From the NCBI GenBank assembly GCA_051942205.1, contig JAVECO010000141.1, positions 1 to 62,665 on the forward strand: a stretch of DNA of 62,665 nucleotides, read 5' to 3'. Below are positions 35,494-49,915 of the stretch, in pieces. A program made the translations under genes and the position numbers. This DNA comes from Coniocarpon cinnabarinum. Its lineage: Eukaryota. Under the pieces are notes generated by a model. It was not told where the DNA came from, made no database searches, and was given only the letters and a program-made list of their open reading frames with translations. Each line of letters opens with the position of its first letter. The stretch's first letter is position 1.

Positions 35494-36645
35494 ATGTCAC
35501 ATGCACCAAAGACCTTGTACGTCGCTATCATAGGAGCGACGGGCGGCGTGGGCAAAGCGTTCGTATCTCAACTCGAGGCTCTCAGTCACAAGCAGCTCCA
35601 ATTACCAGAAGCCAAGGCGACACCATTGTCACTCGTCTATGCCAGCCGGTCGGCCAAGGCTCTCGTGCGAGAATACCATCACCCGATAAAGTTTTCAACC
35701 CTGGAGACCGACCTCAATACTTCGACCACGCCACCTCTACAGGCGACCCAATTGGCCGAGTTCTTATCCAAAGCACCTGGTCGAGCTGTTGTCGTCGATA
35801 ACACTTCCTCCCAGGAGATAGCAGAAGCTTACCCCTTGTATCTGCAAAATGGCATCAGTGTAATCACGCCCAACAAAAAGGCATTCAGCGCTGATCTGCC
35901 GCTGTGGGACGGTGTTTTTGGCAGTGCAGCAAATGGCGATGCACCTAATCCCGCAACAGCAGGTTTTGTCTATCATGAGCCCACGGTCGGAGCCTGCTTG
36001 CCAGTGATCTGCACACTCAAGGATCTGATTGATACTGGTGATATTGTCGAGCGGGTTGAAGGCGTGTTCTCCGGTACCATGAGCTTCTTGTTCAACACTT
36101 ACATGGCATCGCATCCGCATCCTGGTGCTGGCGATCCAAAATTCAGTGCTGAAGTGAGGAAGGCTAAGGACCTGGGATTCACTGAGCCTGATCCACGCGA
36201 CGACCTCAATGGGCTGGATGTTGCGCGGAAGCTTACCATCTTGGCAAGGCTGTGTGGGTTGCGCGTACAGTCGCCAACGTCATTCCCTGTTCAGTCGCTG
36301 ATCCCAAAAGAGCTTGAGAGCTGCAGGAGCGGGGAAGAGTTCATGTCTCGATTGCCAGAATTTGATCACGAAATCGATGCGCTGAAGAAAGAAGCTGAGG
36401 CGGAGCACAAGGTGCTTAGGTACGTGGGAAGCGCCGATCTGGTAAAAGGTGAGCTTGAAGTTGGGTTGAGAAAGTACGATCCAAGTAGTCCGATCGGAGG
36501 TCTAAAAGGAGCAGCGAGTGTGATTAGTTTTAAGACGAAACGATACGTTGATCCCTTGGTGGTACAAGGTGCTGGAGCTGGAGGCGAATTGACTGCCATG
36601 GGAGTGACCGCCGACTTGATTCGTGTAATGGAGCGACTCCGTTAG
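35494..36645 (+). CDS. HOM6: Homoserine dehydrogenase
   Basis: Rossmann motif IIGATGGVG, VVVDNTS, ITPNKK, EGVFSGTMSFLFN, GFTEPDPRDDLNGLDVARK, QGAGAGG.LTAMGV. Confidence 0.95.
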   Translation: MSHAPKTLYVAIIGATGGVGKAFVSQLEALSHKQLQLPEAKATPLSLVYASRSAKALVREYHHPIKFSTLETDLNTSTTPPLQATQLAEFLSKAPGRAVVVDNTSSQEIAEAYPLYLQNGISVITPNKKAFSADLPLWDGVFGSAANGDAPNPATAGFVYHEPTVGACLPVICTLKDLIDTGDIVERVEGVFSGTMSFLFNTYMASHPHPGAGDPKFSAEVRKAKDLGFTEPDPRDDLNGLDVARKLTILARLCGLRVQSPTSFPVQSLIPKELESCRSGEEFMSRLPEFDHEIDALKKEAEAEHKVLRYVGSADLVKGELEVGLRKYDPSSPIGGLKGAASVISFKTKRYVDPLVVQGAGAGGELTAMGVTADLIRVMERLR

Positions 36646-36913
36646 ATATTGCAAAAAAGCCAGGTAGTGGCAAAGAAAAGGGGAAGCAGCTTGGGACAAA
36701 GCAAGACGATGCCTTCGTCCTTAGACATGGGCAAATGAGGGCTAAGCATGTCAAAGTTCGGTTGTAAAAGTTTCTCAAAGTGTTTGGATGCGTAGACCAC
36801 TGGTACATGCCGCCTCTGTATCTGGCAGCAGATGATCCATGCAAATCGGGCCACATCAAGAATATAATTCACACATGTGCGCCGAGCACGGGAAAAAAAA
36901 ATGTCCTAAGCGA

Positions 36914-38281
<1,368 letters not shown>

Positions 38282-38869
38282 GCGGGGTCGCGTTGAGAGC
38301 AATAGTTCGGGGACTTTGGAAAGGTAGCAATGATGGACTGTCACAGAGAGATCACCGCGTCCGTGCTTCAAAGAAAAAAGTATACGCTACTGCACTAGCG
38401 CGAGCAGGCTAGTACGACTAGGCCATTGAGCTTCAACTCTTCCCCTTGAGCTCTCTGCGAGACCATGATTTAATTTTGATACCTCCGTATCTCCCTCTCA
38501 AAAGGGAAAGATGTCTTGACCCTGCCGCGAGAAGCTTGTTCTATCAACATGATCGATGCAATCTCAAAGTCACGCGGAATTAACGCTTTCAATGGTGCGG
38601 CACGACAGATGACTGGAATTGAGCTCAGCTCAATGGCTTCAATATGGAAGTACGAGCTTGCGATCCCACCTCAAACCGCTACCCGTTCCACACAGAGACA
38701 ATCTGAATGATCGATGCGACGACGCTTTCCCAAGGCGTCTGTGCGCGCTTCTCATCTATCAATGCATCCAGGGCCCCCAGCCGATGACCTGGCTACTGCC
38801 AACTAGGGACGAAAGCAGACTGAAGCATTGGGACCCTTCTCCAACGATTCCGCGTAGGATCTTCCGCCC

Positions 38870-39643
38870 CTATAGAATCGTGCAGCACCGGCTGTGGCTT
38901 TCTTCGAACGTGGTCAGAGCGGCTCGCGTAGCAGCCTCGAACACATCGTCCACTCCATCTCCTGTAAGGCTCGAGCACTCGAGGTACTTTTTGGCGCCAA
39001 TCGTCTCCTTCATATCGTTGCCTTGCTTCATCGTCGTGAACTTAAGGCTCTTCTTCCGCATCTCGTCCACCGCGATCGGGTCATCACGCAAGTCCTTTTT
39101 CAGTCCCACAAGGATGATTGGCACGCCAGGACATCTTTCCCGTGCCTCCTCCGCCCACTTGGCGTTGACATTTTCCAGACTGTCAGGTGTATCGACAGAG
39201 AATCCGATGAGAATCACATGAGCTTTCGAGTAAGCGAGAGGCCGTAATCGCTCGTAGTCTTCTTGACCAGCGGTATCCCATAATGCCAGTTGAACATTTT
39301 TGCCGTCAACCCTGCAATCTGTGACATAATTCTCGAAAACCGTAGGTACGTATCGCTGGAACGGTCAATGTCAGTAACCGCAGCGGTAGGAGAAGCTCGA
39401 GGTTGGACTGACCGTTGGAAAGTACCCAAGTGTAAAAACACTGAGTAAACTCGTTTTACCACATGCTCCGTCACCAATGATAACAAGTTTCCTAGATGGT
39501 GGACAGTCAGCCTAGACCTCTTTAAGTGTATCTGGTCAGACCATTTCCATTTGTGCAAGCTTCAATCGTGGAAGACTTTTCCGGTACCAGAAGATCGAAC
39601 TCGTAAGACAGACGTACCTTCTGATCGCGTCGTCAGCCGCCAT
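38870..39643 (-). CDS. RHO2: Rho-family GTPase Rho2, 3 exons
   Basis: [48 protein letters not shown]...[23 protein letters not shown]..., CAAX end CCTIL. Confidence 0.95.
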
Positions 39644-40508
39644 CCGGACGTCACGAAAGTCAAAATAGTTGTGTGAAGTAAAGGCAGCGAAGGCTCTTCA
39701 GAAAGGGGAGCTTGATTTCATGTGGCTGGACTGTTGACCAAGACACCGTGCCCAGAGCGTCTCCCGGTTCTGCTGTCCAATACTGCGAGTGAGGATGACG
39801 AGAAGCGGCCGATGCGAGCAAAGAGGCCAGTAAGGGATGCAATCGGCAGCTGCTGGTCAGCCGAGAACGAGGGAAAGCTTGCCCAAGAAGGAGTCACTGT
39901 TGTCAAGGCAGTATTTGTACAACGTGTTGCCCTCCGACACGGATGTGGAAAGGTTTCCGAGTCAGGATTGATTATCGATAGAAGAATCCGAAGCTACGGA
40001 AGTTGGTATCTTGGAGTTGAGTGGGCAACAATGACGAGCCGTGGCAGAGAAATGCAGGCTTGGGAGTGGAGTTACGATTTCCGGTCGGGAGGAGTTGTGA
40101 GTGATGATGAACAGGTAAGATTGGCGGTTGCGAAGGAGGAGAGATTCTCAGTGAGTACCCAACCTTGCCAGGGCTGAATTACCTAGAATGGCGCATACGA
40201 ATGGGCTTGGCGGCATGCAACTCCAGAGGCACCTGCAAAGGGACTGTCAACACCTTTGATTCGACAACTCCCACATTACTCTCTCTGTCAGTCCTTTAGC
40301 AATCGCGCGCAAGCCCCGCCCGCCCATCTTTATTGGTATCCACGTTGACTCTTGTGACTGACGCGTTACGAAGTATAGCCGACTGATCAAAGACTACTCA
40401 ACGCCCTATTCCTCTGGCCACGAGGTCCAGAGCAACCGTCTGACGTCTTGCCCGCAACAAACTCTTCACATTGACAGACTATGACAATCTTTTGGTCGAA
40501 GTGAATCC

Positions 40509-43500
40509 ATGGCGCCATCTGCGAAACCCCAGGGCAGCAATGCTGCCCCCAGCTCTGCCCCGTCGAAACCTGCCACAACCAACGGTGTCATTACTGAGCC
40601 ATCTGCACCAGCAGTCAACAGGAAAAAGGCCAAACGCAGAGCCAAAGAGAAAGCACGACGAGATGCAGCCGCACAACATAGAGGGACAGAGGATTATGCG
40701 TCCGATGAACTGGATGACACAGACCTTGCTCCACCTGGGAGCTATCCGCCAGACCAACCGCCACAAAGCCCACAGCCGAGCTTGCAGTACGACCCTCGCT
40801 ATCCTAGTAATGTCTCGCACTATCAAGACCCCAACGGAAGCTTCGCATATTCCGACGAGGACGGTCAATATGCCTACGATCCTGCATACGCGGCCGCTAA
40901 CGGTGGTTACAACGACCTCGCAGAAGACCCGGCTCAGCTCACCAAGGGAAGGCGAAAGGACAAGAAGAGCATGACCACCTCATACGACACTGCTTATCAG
41001 CAACCCCCTTTGACCAGCTACTACAATGCGCCTCCCCCCCGCCATCGCGCAACCCCCACTATCACAGATGACGCCCTACGAACTGTTGAGCAGAAGGTCA
41101 ATGATGATATCTGGGAAACTTCATCGCGAGAAGAGCGTGAGCGGATTCGTCAGTTTTGGTTGAGATTGCCCGAGAAAGAACGCCGGAATCTTGTTCGGAT
41201 TGAAAAAGATGCTGTCCTGCGTAAAATGAAGGAACAACAGAAACATTCATGCAGCTGCACCGTTTGTGGCCGAAAGCGAACAGCGATCGAGGAGGAGCTT
41301 GAGCAATTGTACGACGCCTACTATGCTGAATTAGAGCATTATGCCGACGGTCAGCCGGCAGCGCCCTCTCCGGTAGCATCTTATGGCAATGTTCCCAGCG
41401 CCAACACACTCCACAATGTTATACCTCCCAAGCTACCGTCACGTGGACGCATCCAGGAATTGCCGGATGACGACGTTGACGACGACCTGGACGACGTGGA
41501 TGACGAGTTTGATGACGAGGACGCATATGCTGCCGAGCAGTATAATGCAGATTATGCCGCTAGAAATCAGCGATACATAGAGGAGGCTTACGCGGCTCGC
41601 CAGGACTTCTTCACGTTTGGCCGTAACCTAACCGTGAAAGGTGGCATCTTGACTGTTGCAGATGACCTGCTCAGCAATCAGGGTGAAAAGTTTATCGACA
41701 TGATGGATCAGATGGCAAATGCTCGTATGAGACGAGAGAGCGAAGCCTGGGCAACGTATCGTAATCAACAACATTTGCATGACACACATCCAGGCCATTA
41801 CCCCGAGGAGGATGAATACGATGAAGAGGATGATTACGACGAAGAGGACAGTCTGGGGGATGAGTACGATGAGGAGGATGACGAGATGGTCAGCCTGGGC
41901 TATATCTATGAGACACAAACTTGAAGCGCTGACGTGATTCTCAGGATCAAATGACCAACGAGCAGCGTATGGACGAGGGACGGCGAATGTTTCAGATCTT
42001 TGCAGCCCGGATGTTCGAGCAGCGGGTGCTCGGAGCTTATCGTGAAGACGTGTCCAAAAAGAAGGCTGAGCAGCTCATTGCTGAAGAGGAAGCGGAAAAG
42101 CATGGTGACGCCGCTCGCGAAGCAAAGAAAGCAAGGGAGGCTGAGAAGAAAAAACAAAAAAAGCAGGCCAAAAAGCAGGAGAAGGCGGAGAAGGAACAGA
42201 AGAAAGAAGCCGAGCGATTGGAGGCCGAGCGAGAAGCCCACGAGGCAGAAGCCAGACGACAGGAGGAGCTCAGAGCGAAACGGGAAGAGCAGAAGAAGAA
42301 ACGCGAGGCCGAGAAGAAGGCTCAGGACGAGGAGCGCCGTCGAAAAGAAGAGGAGAAGAGACGTCAGCAAGAGGAATTGAGGGCGAAGCAGCAAGAAAAA
42401 GAACGCCAAGCTCGCGAAACGAAAGCTGCGGAGAAACGTCGGAAAGAAGAGGAGAGGAAGAAACAGCTGGAGGAGAAAGAAGCCAAGGCGAATGCTGCTC
42501 GTGAACGAAAAGCTCAGCAGGAGCAAGAGCAGCGAGAACAAGAAGACAAGGCCAAAGCCGAAGCAGAGGCGGCAGAGCGCAGGCGCAAAGACGAAGAAGC
42601 TCAAAGATTGGTTCCTGCCCAAGCTGACCAGCCAAAAAGAGCTCCCGCACCGGCTGTGGCCTTGCCTCCGTCCCTCAAGCATCGAAAGTCTGGCACCGGC
42701 AGCCAACCGTCTCCTCAGATCAAGGTCGCAACACCGGCATTACCGAAAGCCCCAACTCCTCAACAGCGGCAACCGTCCGCGGCTGCCTCGCAGACGTCGA
42801 GCGCTCACGATTTAGAGCCCTCACTTTCCCTGAAACAGTCGACCCCTCCAAACCAACCTGCTTCTGCACAACCACATCCACCCTCAGCTGGGTCAACGCG
42901 AGCCCCCAGTCGTCAACATCAGCAGCCGTTCCCGGGGCACATGACATCGCCCCATACGATAGGACCACCGCCTGGCATGTCCTTCCCTCCCCAAACCAGC
43001 TTTCCTGGTATGCCCGCCCAGAACGTCAACGGATTTCCTCCAGGAATGGGCGGACCCAGTATGCACCATGCGTTTGGCACTGGACGAGGCGGCTTTCAGG
43101 TAGGACCCCAGCTTAACATGCCAATCCGACCGGGACCGCAGCAACCGAGTCATTTCGGATACAATGTGGCTCCCAATATACCTGGACATGGAGCTCGAAC
43201 AGGACCTCTGTTTGGACACGACGGCCCTTCGCCAACATCTTCTTACAATGGTTCGAAGAATTTTGGAACACCCGCGACTCGTTCAGCGGCACCGGGTGCG
43301 CCCTCTATTGGCGGACATTCTCGGCAGGCATCGTCGTCATTCGAAAGCAGTTCCCCTGCTGACAGTGCTCCTGCTCAACAACCTATCGGACGGCCAGCAC
43401 CCATCAAACGACCCGAGAGCACAAGACCGGAACGTCAGAATCGAACTCAGTCCGTCCCGCAGCCTAACAACGAAGCTGATGCCGATGCATATCTCGGTAG

Positions 43501-44107
43501 CAGCGCATTGCTGGGGGATTCGGAGCCTTCGCAAGACGCTATCGAGAGGCGGCAGACTGCGCCCCATCTATCTGCGGTTTCCACCAGTGGTCTGACTACA
43601 CCAGGACTGACCACGCCAGGGCTTACAACGCCAGGGTTCGGCCCATTCAATTCACACGCGCAACCGTTCGCACGAAGCGACGCAGGATACACCTCTCCGT
43701 TAACGACCACCGCGTCGGGTTGGTCCAGCGGATGGGGCGGTCCGTCGGGCCTCTCGAGTGCCGCCTCACAACGTCACGGTGCTCCACGACATGTGGCACT
43801 TCGCCGACTGGCAGTCGATGCATTGAGCAACACGCCTCAAGACGATGTCGAGATCTCCAAGCTTCTCAGCTACATCAATAACAACCGGCCGAGAACTGAG
43901 CCGCTTGCACAAATGAACGAATTGCAAGTGATTCTAGAGACCGAGGTCGACTCGCAAAACGGAGGCCAGAATTTCGAGATCAAGTCGGCTGGCAATACGT
44001 TGAGAGTGGGTCTGCAACGTGACTTGAGAGCCGTGGGAGGAGTCCGAGGAGGCGCGATAGGTGCTGAGATTGGTTCACCCTTGCCCAACTCAGGTCGGGC
44101 GTTTTAG
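40509..44107 (+). CDS. NST1: Stress response protein Nst1, 2 exons
   Basis: IWETSSREERERIRQFWLRL...LVRIEKDAVLRKMKEQQKHSCSCTVCGRKRTAIEEELEQLYDAYY, LTVKGGILTVADDLL, EGRRMFQIFAARMFEQRVL, then a long E/K/R coiled coil and a Pro-rich tail. Confidence 0.93.
43589..43636 (+). repeat. In-frame 15-bp triple repeat encoding (GLTTP)x3 in the Nst1 tail
   Basis: ggtctgactacacca-ggactgaccacgcca-gggcttacaacgcca-ggg. Confidence 0.75.
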
Positions 44108-45293
44108 CAAAACGAGGTGGGCTCTTCGAGCAATAGGTCGCTGGTTCCACGGAAAGGCGAGGGAGCCGACGCGAAAGCATCGAGCGCGGGGACTAATGTC
44201 ACCGAGGATATGCACGTGCAGCGATTGAGGAATATTCAAAGCAGATGGCATTGGGCAGCGAGGCCGGGCAGTAAGTGAGGGTTTGTGAGACTATCGCTTG
44301 TAATCGCTGAGTGTCTGTCGGCACTCGTATGGAATTCTCCAGCAATTTTCGGCAGCGGTGCACTTGGGTGAGCTTTCGCCTGCCCTGCTGTCTTTTCCAA
44401 GCTGTCCCTTGTCTTTGAGTTCACTGCTTAATGTGCCCCTATCACGACTGCGTCCGGCTGACAAGAATGCTGTTCAGTCACGTGATCTTCCCCCCTATAC
44501 ACCACCCGCAGCCAGCCAACCCGCAAAATCATCAAACCTCGAAAATGATCGCATCAAAAATCCAAGTAGATAATTCAAGTCTCTGAGCTGCAGTGATTGC
44601 AACGCACCAAAAATCAACTCGATCCGAGCACTTTGAAAAAGTTCGATCCCGTCGATTTTCTGCCGCTTGGCGCTGTCGCTAATGAAGTCGGCGAGAGCAA
44701 TTTTCCAATTTTGCTCCGATTGCGCTGATTTTGGGATCATTCTACTCGGTGGCGAATTTTGAGTCGAATACGATAGAAACGGGCGCGGGACGCGCTACTT
44801 TGAGCGTGGTAGGCCGTTTCGATGCTGGGAGTTGTATGGGCGCTTGAAGCGGATTGCTCTTTTGATATTGGGGATGTGGGACTGAGAGCTACATGATTAT
44901 GACGAGAGCGGGGGAAGGGTCACGATGTTAGTTAATTTGACTTGGAAATACTCATTTTGAAGAATGGCATTTTTGGTGGTGGAATGTTAGGGTAGGGGTC
45001 ATCTCCCGCTACTCTATTTTATTCTTATTGATCGTCGAGCATCCACGAGAAGCATCATGGCAAGGATGTGTTCACCGTCCTCTATGAAGCAAAGAAGATC
45101 GAAGATTCGAAGTCTGCACTATGGAGACTCGGAACGGGGAGGCTTGCCTCATCCAGCTTCGCCATAGACGCAAGAAGAGTATCAAGTAAACTACATTCAT
45201 TCTGCTCCCTCGTAGGCAATGATGACGCTCAAAGTACTTCGAGCTACCCAAGATCGTAGAATCAGCCCTTCCATCAAACAGCGAATAGTCTTC

Positions 45294-46134
45294 TCAGCCG
45301 GAGTCACCACCTCCAAAGTCCCCTCCACCACCATTGCTCGAGCTCGAAACCCTAACCATCGGAGTCTGATACTTCAGCGTCGCCGCAGCCGCCAAAACCT
45401 ATTCCGTTAGCCCAACGATAATACTCCCCCGGTTCCGCACAAAAACATACCACAGGTTTCCACTTCGGGTCCGTTTCCTTATAAAAGAAAACGGTCGAAT
45501 GCTTACACAGACAATACGACGTGTGAATCTGCGCAATCAGCTTATTGTCGTCATCAGTATCATCTCTAATCTCGAGATTGACCCCCGTTTTGGAGGAGCG
45601 GAAATCGAGGTCCGCGTCCCAGATGCGCTCTTGGCTCTTCTCGGCGCCGTACGTGTCCCCGGCGAGGTGGAACTGGAATTGGCGGTGCTCGTGCTTGACC
45701 TTGGACTTTTCGTGGAGGTCGGACTTCGCTTGGAAGATGATGTTGTCGTGTTGTTTGAATTTGAAGAGCGTGTTTAGGCGGAACCACCAGCAGGCGTAGA
45801 GCCAGCTGCAGTGGGCCACGAACTCTTGGTTATTCGTGAGGTCGTGGAATTCTGTGGAGAACGTTAGCAGTTGCTTAACGTTTCTTATTTAGAGGATTGC
45901 GTAGAGGTCGGCCTGTTGTGCTGGTGGCAAGTGCGTACTCAGATGCCGCAACCAGAACTTCCATGTCCGACGACAGGTTATAGGTGGTTCCTTTTTGCCC
46001 TTCGTCTCAACGTTGTAGAGTTTGAGAGAGCAGCCGAAGTAGGTGAGGCGGTAGGCGTGGACCTCCCATGATTCTACAGCATTGGGATCAGTAACTTGGA
46101 CCTTGTCGTCCGTGGTGAGACAACCGCAACACAT
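45294..46134 (-). CDS. Hypothetical protein (about 235 aa), 3 exons; weak resemblance to a tubby C-terminal/LURP-one-like fold; Cys-rich N-terminus
   Basis: ATG 46134 with a TATA-like stretch near 46220. GTACGC...CTAAC...CAG and GTATGT...CTAAC...TAG introns join MCCGCL...RHL|KFHDL...KWKPV|VLAAAATLKYQ...GGGDSG*. Confidence 0.7.
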
Positions 46135-47296
46135 CTTGTCGCTGCAACGGCGTCGAGCAGCAGTGGCGAGTGCAGCGCAATACTCTCACGTGAAACACAT
46201 ACATGCTGCTGAATCGTATATATTTATTGCAGCGGTGCGTGAGCAGTGCGGCAATTGTCCAGTTTGGAAGAGACAGCGTGTCGTTCCACGTTTGGCTTCA
46301 TGCGCTCGCTTGGCACTTTGTGAAACGTGTGTACAGTCTCTCGCAGCTACACATCAAATGAGGCCTAGGATAAGCGAAGATCAGCAAATAAGCTGATCTG
46401 ACTACCTGACAGCCGACCACTTGCGCTCTCGCTGACGGGTCAAAGCGTCGGGACGGGCCAAGAGGGAACTTCACCAAGCACATCATAACAGGCTGAAGAG
46501 ATATCTTTTCAGTCCTGTGTGCGAACTTTGCAAGCCAGTACTGTTTACAAGATTGCAAGTCATTCATTCCCCGCTTGAAGGTTCTCAAAAGGGGGAATAT
46601 GGAGCGAATAGAAAATGCTACGGGGAGAGCATGAACAATGCAGTAGTATATGCCAGAGAAAGGCTAGGGTGTTTTTGAACCCGTCTCCCTCTCTGCAACA
46701 AATCTTGAAAACGGTCTTGGAAAGGATTGGAGGAATGTTATTTTTGCAGACCCTGAGCGTTGGGATGGTGAGGCAGATCATGGATTAGGTCAATAGAAAG
46801 GACGATGCAGAGCCTTTAAAGAATACTATGCCGCGCGCTTATTTCGTGCTGTGGGTATTGAATGGGTTGTCCTGATTCGCCTTGGCTATCGGTCGTCCAA
46901 AGTGCATGATCATCTTTCTGGGTGCTACGGACGATAGAGCTAAAGGGATAGATAGAGACAGAGGTGAAAGGAAAGTTAGCGATACTTGCCTGCCTTGGTC
47001 CTGACGCGCAAGTCGCCTCAGGCTTCACGTCCGTTCTATGAATATCACATAGGTGAGTGTATGTGGCTGATATCGAAAGTCTGTGTGATGCCTCGAAGTG
47101 TTCTGCTGGCTACTCTGAGAATTACTCGACTGTCCGATCAATTGTAGCATCATCGACGTTGTTGTTGCCCTCGTTTAAGGCTAACGAAACGCCCTAGGTC
47201 CTCCGCAACGGAATCCTTCGTGAAAACAAGACTTTCCACTCGATCATTAAAGCGCGCCACCTTACCGAATGCCCACCGAAAGGGCAGCGGCGGTCT

Positions 47297-49061
47297 CTAT
47301 CCACCCGTATTCATACTCGCGATCCCAATCTTTGGCCGTCGCACCGCACCAGAGCCCCTCCACACGTCTTGCCAGGCGCCTTGGAGCTTGCGTTCCTGTA
47401 GGTATGACTCTCTGGCATCTGGTGGGAAGGTGGCCAATGTCTTGTCCGACACAGCAGGTGGTCCTTTGGCCCAGAAGCCTGCGTCCGCAATACAATCGAA
47501 GTTATACTCGTCCGTATCCGCATTCTGGCTATTGCCCCGCTCCTCTTTGTAGCGATGATCTGGTGGCGCCCAAGATGCATCTTGTGGTGTCAGCAACTCG
47601 TTATCGATGATTAAATAATTTCTTCGCAGGAATGAGGATGGCTTGAGGAGTCCTGATTGATGTGTTATACGATCAACATTGACGTTCTCGTCTTCCGTGC
47701 GGAAGCCATTCGAGAGCACTTGCTTGTCACCATTGACATGTTCTAACTTCCTCCTCTTAGGTGGTTGCTGCTGCAGAGGCTCTTCAACCTCTTCCCAAAT
47801 TGCATGAGTGGGCTGCATGGTCTGCGGATATGACATAAGATTTGTGTGCGGATCATACACACCGTTATGCGCTTCTTTACGTGCTGCTGAGAGGCTTGAG
47901 TTGAATCGACTGGCTTCCCGAGCGTGTTCGGACATCCAAGTTGGAGATATAACGCCCCCACGCTTCTTAGCCGTGAATGATCCAGCCGCCAATGGACCCA
48001 CAGGAGCACTGGAGTGGTACACGTTGCTCGCGCCATGCCAGGCAACGTATTGATTCCGGTTGTAACCTTGGCCCTTCTCCGGTATCCGGTCAAATGGATC
48101 AGCCACATCGCCTTCGAGATCGCCTCTTGCTCGAGCCACATCCGGATCGTAGTCGTCGATGATTTTCCTACCTCCTACCACGATTTTGGAGCCAAATTCG
48201 CGGTACACCGAACGCGCCGCAACCACACCAATGGATCGACCTTTGTAGCTGTGCGGCAGTATCTCCCTTTCTATGAGGTCTTTTTTCTCATCTTCCCCTA
48301 TGATGATCTTGTACAGGTACTTGTGTTTTGTGAAGAAGAGGTAACTGTCTCGAAAGCCAGTGCATCGAGCAGGTTCGGTTGACAGCATGTAGAGCCGGTT
48401 GTCGCGCCCTAAGAGGGTGAAAGTTCGCACGCGATACTCTCTTCCTCCTTGAAGCTGGCCATCTTTGTCGACCTTCTTTTCACCCTCGGGATGCCCTGGT
48501 CGTACAATCTCATCGTTCACCACCTCCATCTCATTACCTTCGTCATCCAGGGGCGGCTTAGTGACAGGTATGGTCGCTCCTTTCTTTCCCCTCAGTCGTG
48601 GGCCTCCTCGCGTTCCCCCGGGTCGACCCCGCCCTCGCCCTCTTCGGCCGGGTGTCCCAGATTCTGATGCATCATTCACGTCCAGGTCAATAGCATCCCA
48701 ACCATACGGGCGTATTTTCAGTGGACGCCCCGCCCTCTTTCGCGCAGATGCCGTTAAAGGCTCTGAGCCCGCGTCGGAGGCATCGTCATTGTCTTCCGCA
48801 TCGGGTGCTGCACTGGTCGGCGCGTCCGCATCTTCTTGTGACCGCGTCTCCTCTTGAGATTGGTTCTGCTGCTCGTCACCGGCTTCGTCGCTTGATTCGA
48901 CGGCTGGTGGGGGCGTGGGTGTTCCTGTTTCGCGTCAATAGATGGGTCGCAACAGACTCAGTGATCGACGTACGGGCCTGTCGCGTCGCTCTCGTACTTG
49001 CGCGTCGCGGCGTGCTTGCTGGTGCGGCTGCAGACCGCCGAGTGCTCCGCTTAGGAGGCAT
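47297..49061 (-). CDS. RSC7: RSC chromatin-remodelling complex subunit Rsc7/Npl6 (Swp82-like), 2 exons
   Basis: GEKKVDKDGQLQGGREYRVRTFT...LYMLSTEPARCTGFRDSYLFF...LPHSYKGRSIGVVAARSVYREFGSKIVVGGRKIIDDY; AT-hook-like GRGRP. Confidence 0.9.
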
Positions 49062-49915
49062 TCCATGCGCTAAGATTTCAGAAACTATGCGAAAGACATC
49101 AAATATTTGAGAAGTCCAATCAATCGCAAGCAGGTTCTAGAGATGCTGGACTGTCGACAGTTGTCGCAAGGGACTCAAAGACAGAGAGAAGCGGGCGCGT
49201 TCCGCGATCTTTGATGGGCAGGGTCAATAATGTGACCTGAGAATCCCGCGATTCGGTAGACATAAAAATATTCATATCCTCTATTGAAACGACTTCTTAC
49301 AAGTTATACAATATATGCATCCCCAAACATCGCAAGGTGCGCCTGGAATTTTGCGCATCAACAAGTACCCAACTTGTCCACTGTGGCCGAACATCCAGGA
49401 CCGATGTTAGGTCAGTCTGATAGAGTAGGGAAGCGACGAGATCAAATAGTTGCTATTATATACAAACCGCATGCTTCTCGTAGAAACAAGCATCTCTCTA
49501 TTCTGCACATGCTCAGAACCAAAATGCCACCACATGAGAACTCCATGCATACCAAGGACAGCGTCCTAACAACGCACGGCAAGATCCTCCTGTGAGTTGC
49601 GAACGTCATGTCATGTCATGCTATGCCCGCCTTCCCCTTTCGAATCCTCGATGCTTGAGACGCCGGCGTTAATGCTAGTCCATAGCTCATGACATTAGGA
49701 GCTGCGATTATCACTAGCCGGTAGTCCTCGTCACTGTCTGGCCGTTTCTAATTCATTCATTACCGGATCCACGCGCCATATCGTATATAATCAAAATTAG
49801 TCGGAATGAATGTAAATGTCTTTGTTGGCAAGTGGATCGTTGGTCGCTACGAAGCCACTGAGTTGTCCGAGAGAAGGGGTCCATGGCTGTACGGACGGCA
49901 TTGCCGCTGTAGCTT

